From: Eimeria praecox
Lineage: Eukaryota
Assembly (NCBI GenBank): GCA_963920595.1
Contig: OY986948.1
Location: forward strand, 2,852,001 to 2,916,000
Direction: 5' to 3'
Length of the DNA: 64,000 bases
Below are positions 63,351-64,000 of this stretch, in pieces; position 1 is the first letter of the stretch, and each line of letters begins with the position of its first letter. The notes under the pieces were generated by a model. The model was not told where the DNA came from and searched no databases. It saw only the letters and a list, made by a program, of their open reading frames with translations. A program made the position numbers and the translations under genes.

Positions 63351-64000
63351 TGCGATCAAGAAAAGTGGTTATTAGGGATGAAGCGTATTAAAAATAGTCA
63401 CTATAATGACACAAGTGTCTCAAACTTAAAAGAACAACTGAAGTGCAGTCGCATTATGTGTTGCTCGTGGGAGGGCGCCAACGCTCTCAGACAGGAAGCG
63501 GCGGAGAGTGCTCGATTCGCTTTCGAGACAGCGAGCGAGAGGCGGTCTTTACCACTGCGTGAAGAGCTCGACACAGTAGCAATAGGCAGAAATAATAAAT
63601 ATTAAATTCACCATAAATATGCGTAGGCGTTCCCTCTGCTTTTGCATAGTTAGTCTTACAATGCACAAGGATTCTCGTTGAGGGGCAGCGGTTCTTAACC
63701 TTGAAAGCTCTGGAATGCTTGCACTAACCGTATGATCGAGGGGAGCAGTAACTTCCTGAATAAGAAAGGTGGCAGTATTATTTAGGAACCACTAGGAACC
63801 ACCATGATGGCTACTACCATCAGTACCCTTTTTCGCTACTTACAGCTCTCGCCGCTCGCGTCAACTTGAAGCTAAGCTAAGCCCTTTGCTTTGTGGGCTT
63901 TGTTCCGCTGCAACTCTGCTTCAGCGTGTGCAGACTTCACAGAGTAGACCCATCTATTTCATGTTTCCGTAGTTTTTTTTAAGGTCTTTTAGTTGAGCTA

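Overview
Eukaryotic, intron-rich genomic DNA with the hallmarks of a coccidian of the genus Eimeria: CAG/CTG microsatellites giving poly-A/Q/S tracts, interstitial telomere-like (AAACCCT)n arrays in introns, and TGCATGCA palindromes. Repeats are dense in 1-19 kb and 24-35 kb, sparse in 19.3-23.8 kb, and largely absent after about 44 kb. Ten protein-coding genes were spliced by eye: a 3'-truncated coiled-coil protein, a BRE1-like RING E3 ligase, apicoplast IspH/LytB, a UBE3D/Ipa1-like protein, an MFS transporter, phosphatidylthreonine synthase (PTS-type), a steroid 5-alpha-reductase-family enzyme, an FCP1-like CTD phosphatase, TOM40 and an orphan ORF with an internal duplication. Intergenic gaps hold decayed Ty3/gypsy (chromovirus-like) retrotransposon remnants and a tRNA-derived relic. 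The most notable patterns are (i) eight introns whose two ends carry mutually complementary simple repeats, always in the same polarity, and (ii) a dispersed 14-bp palindrome GGTGT-N4-ACACC that often lies near splice sites. All exon boundaries and homologies are manual and have not been verified by search or RNA data.
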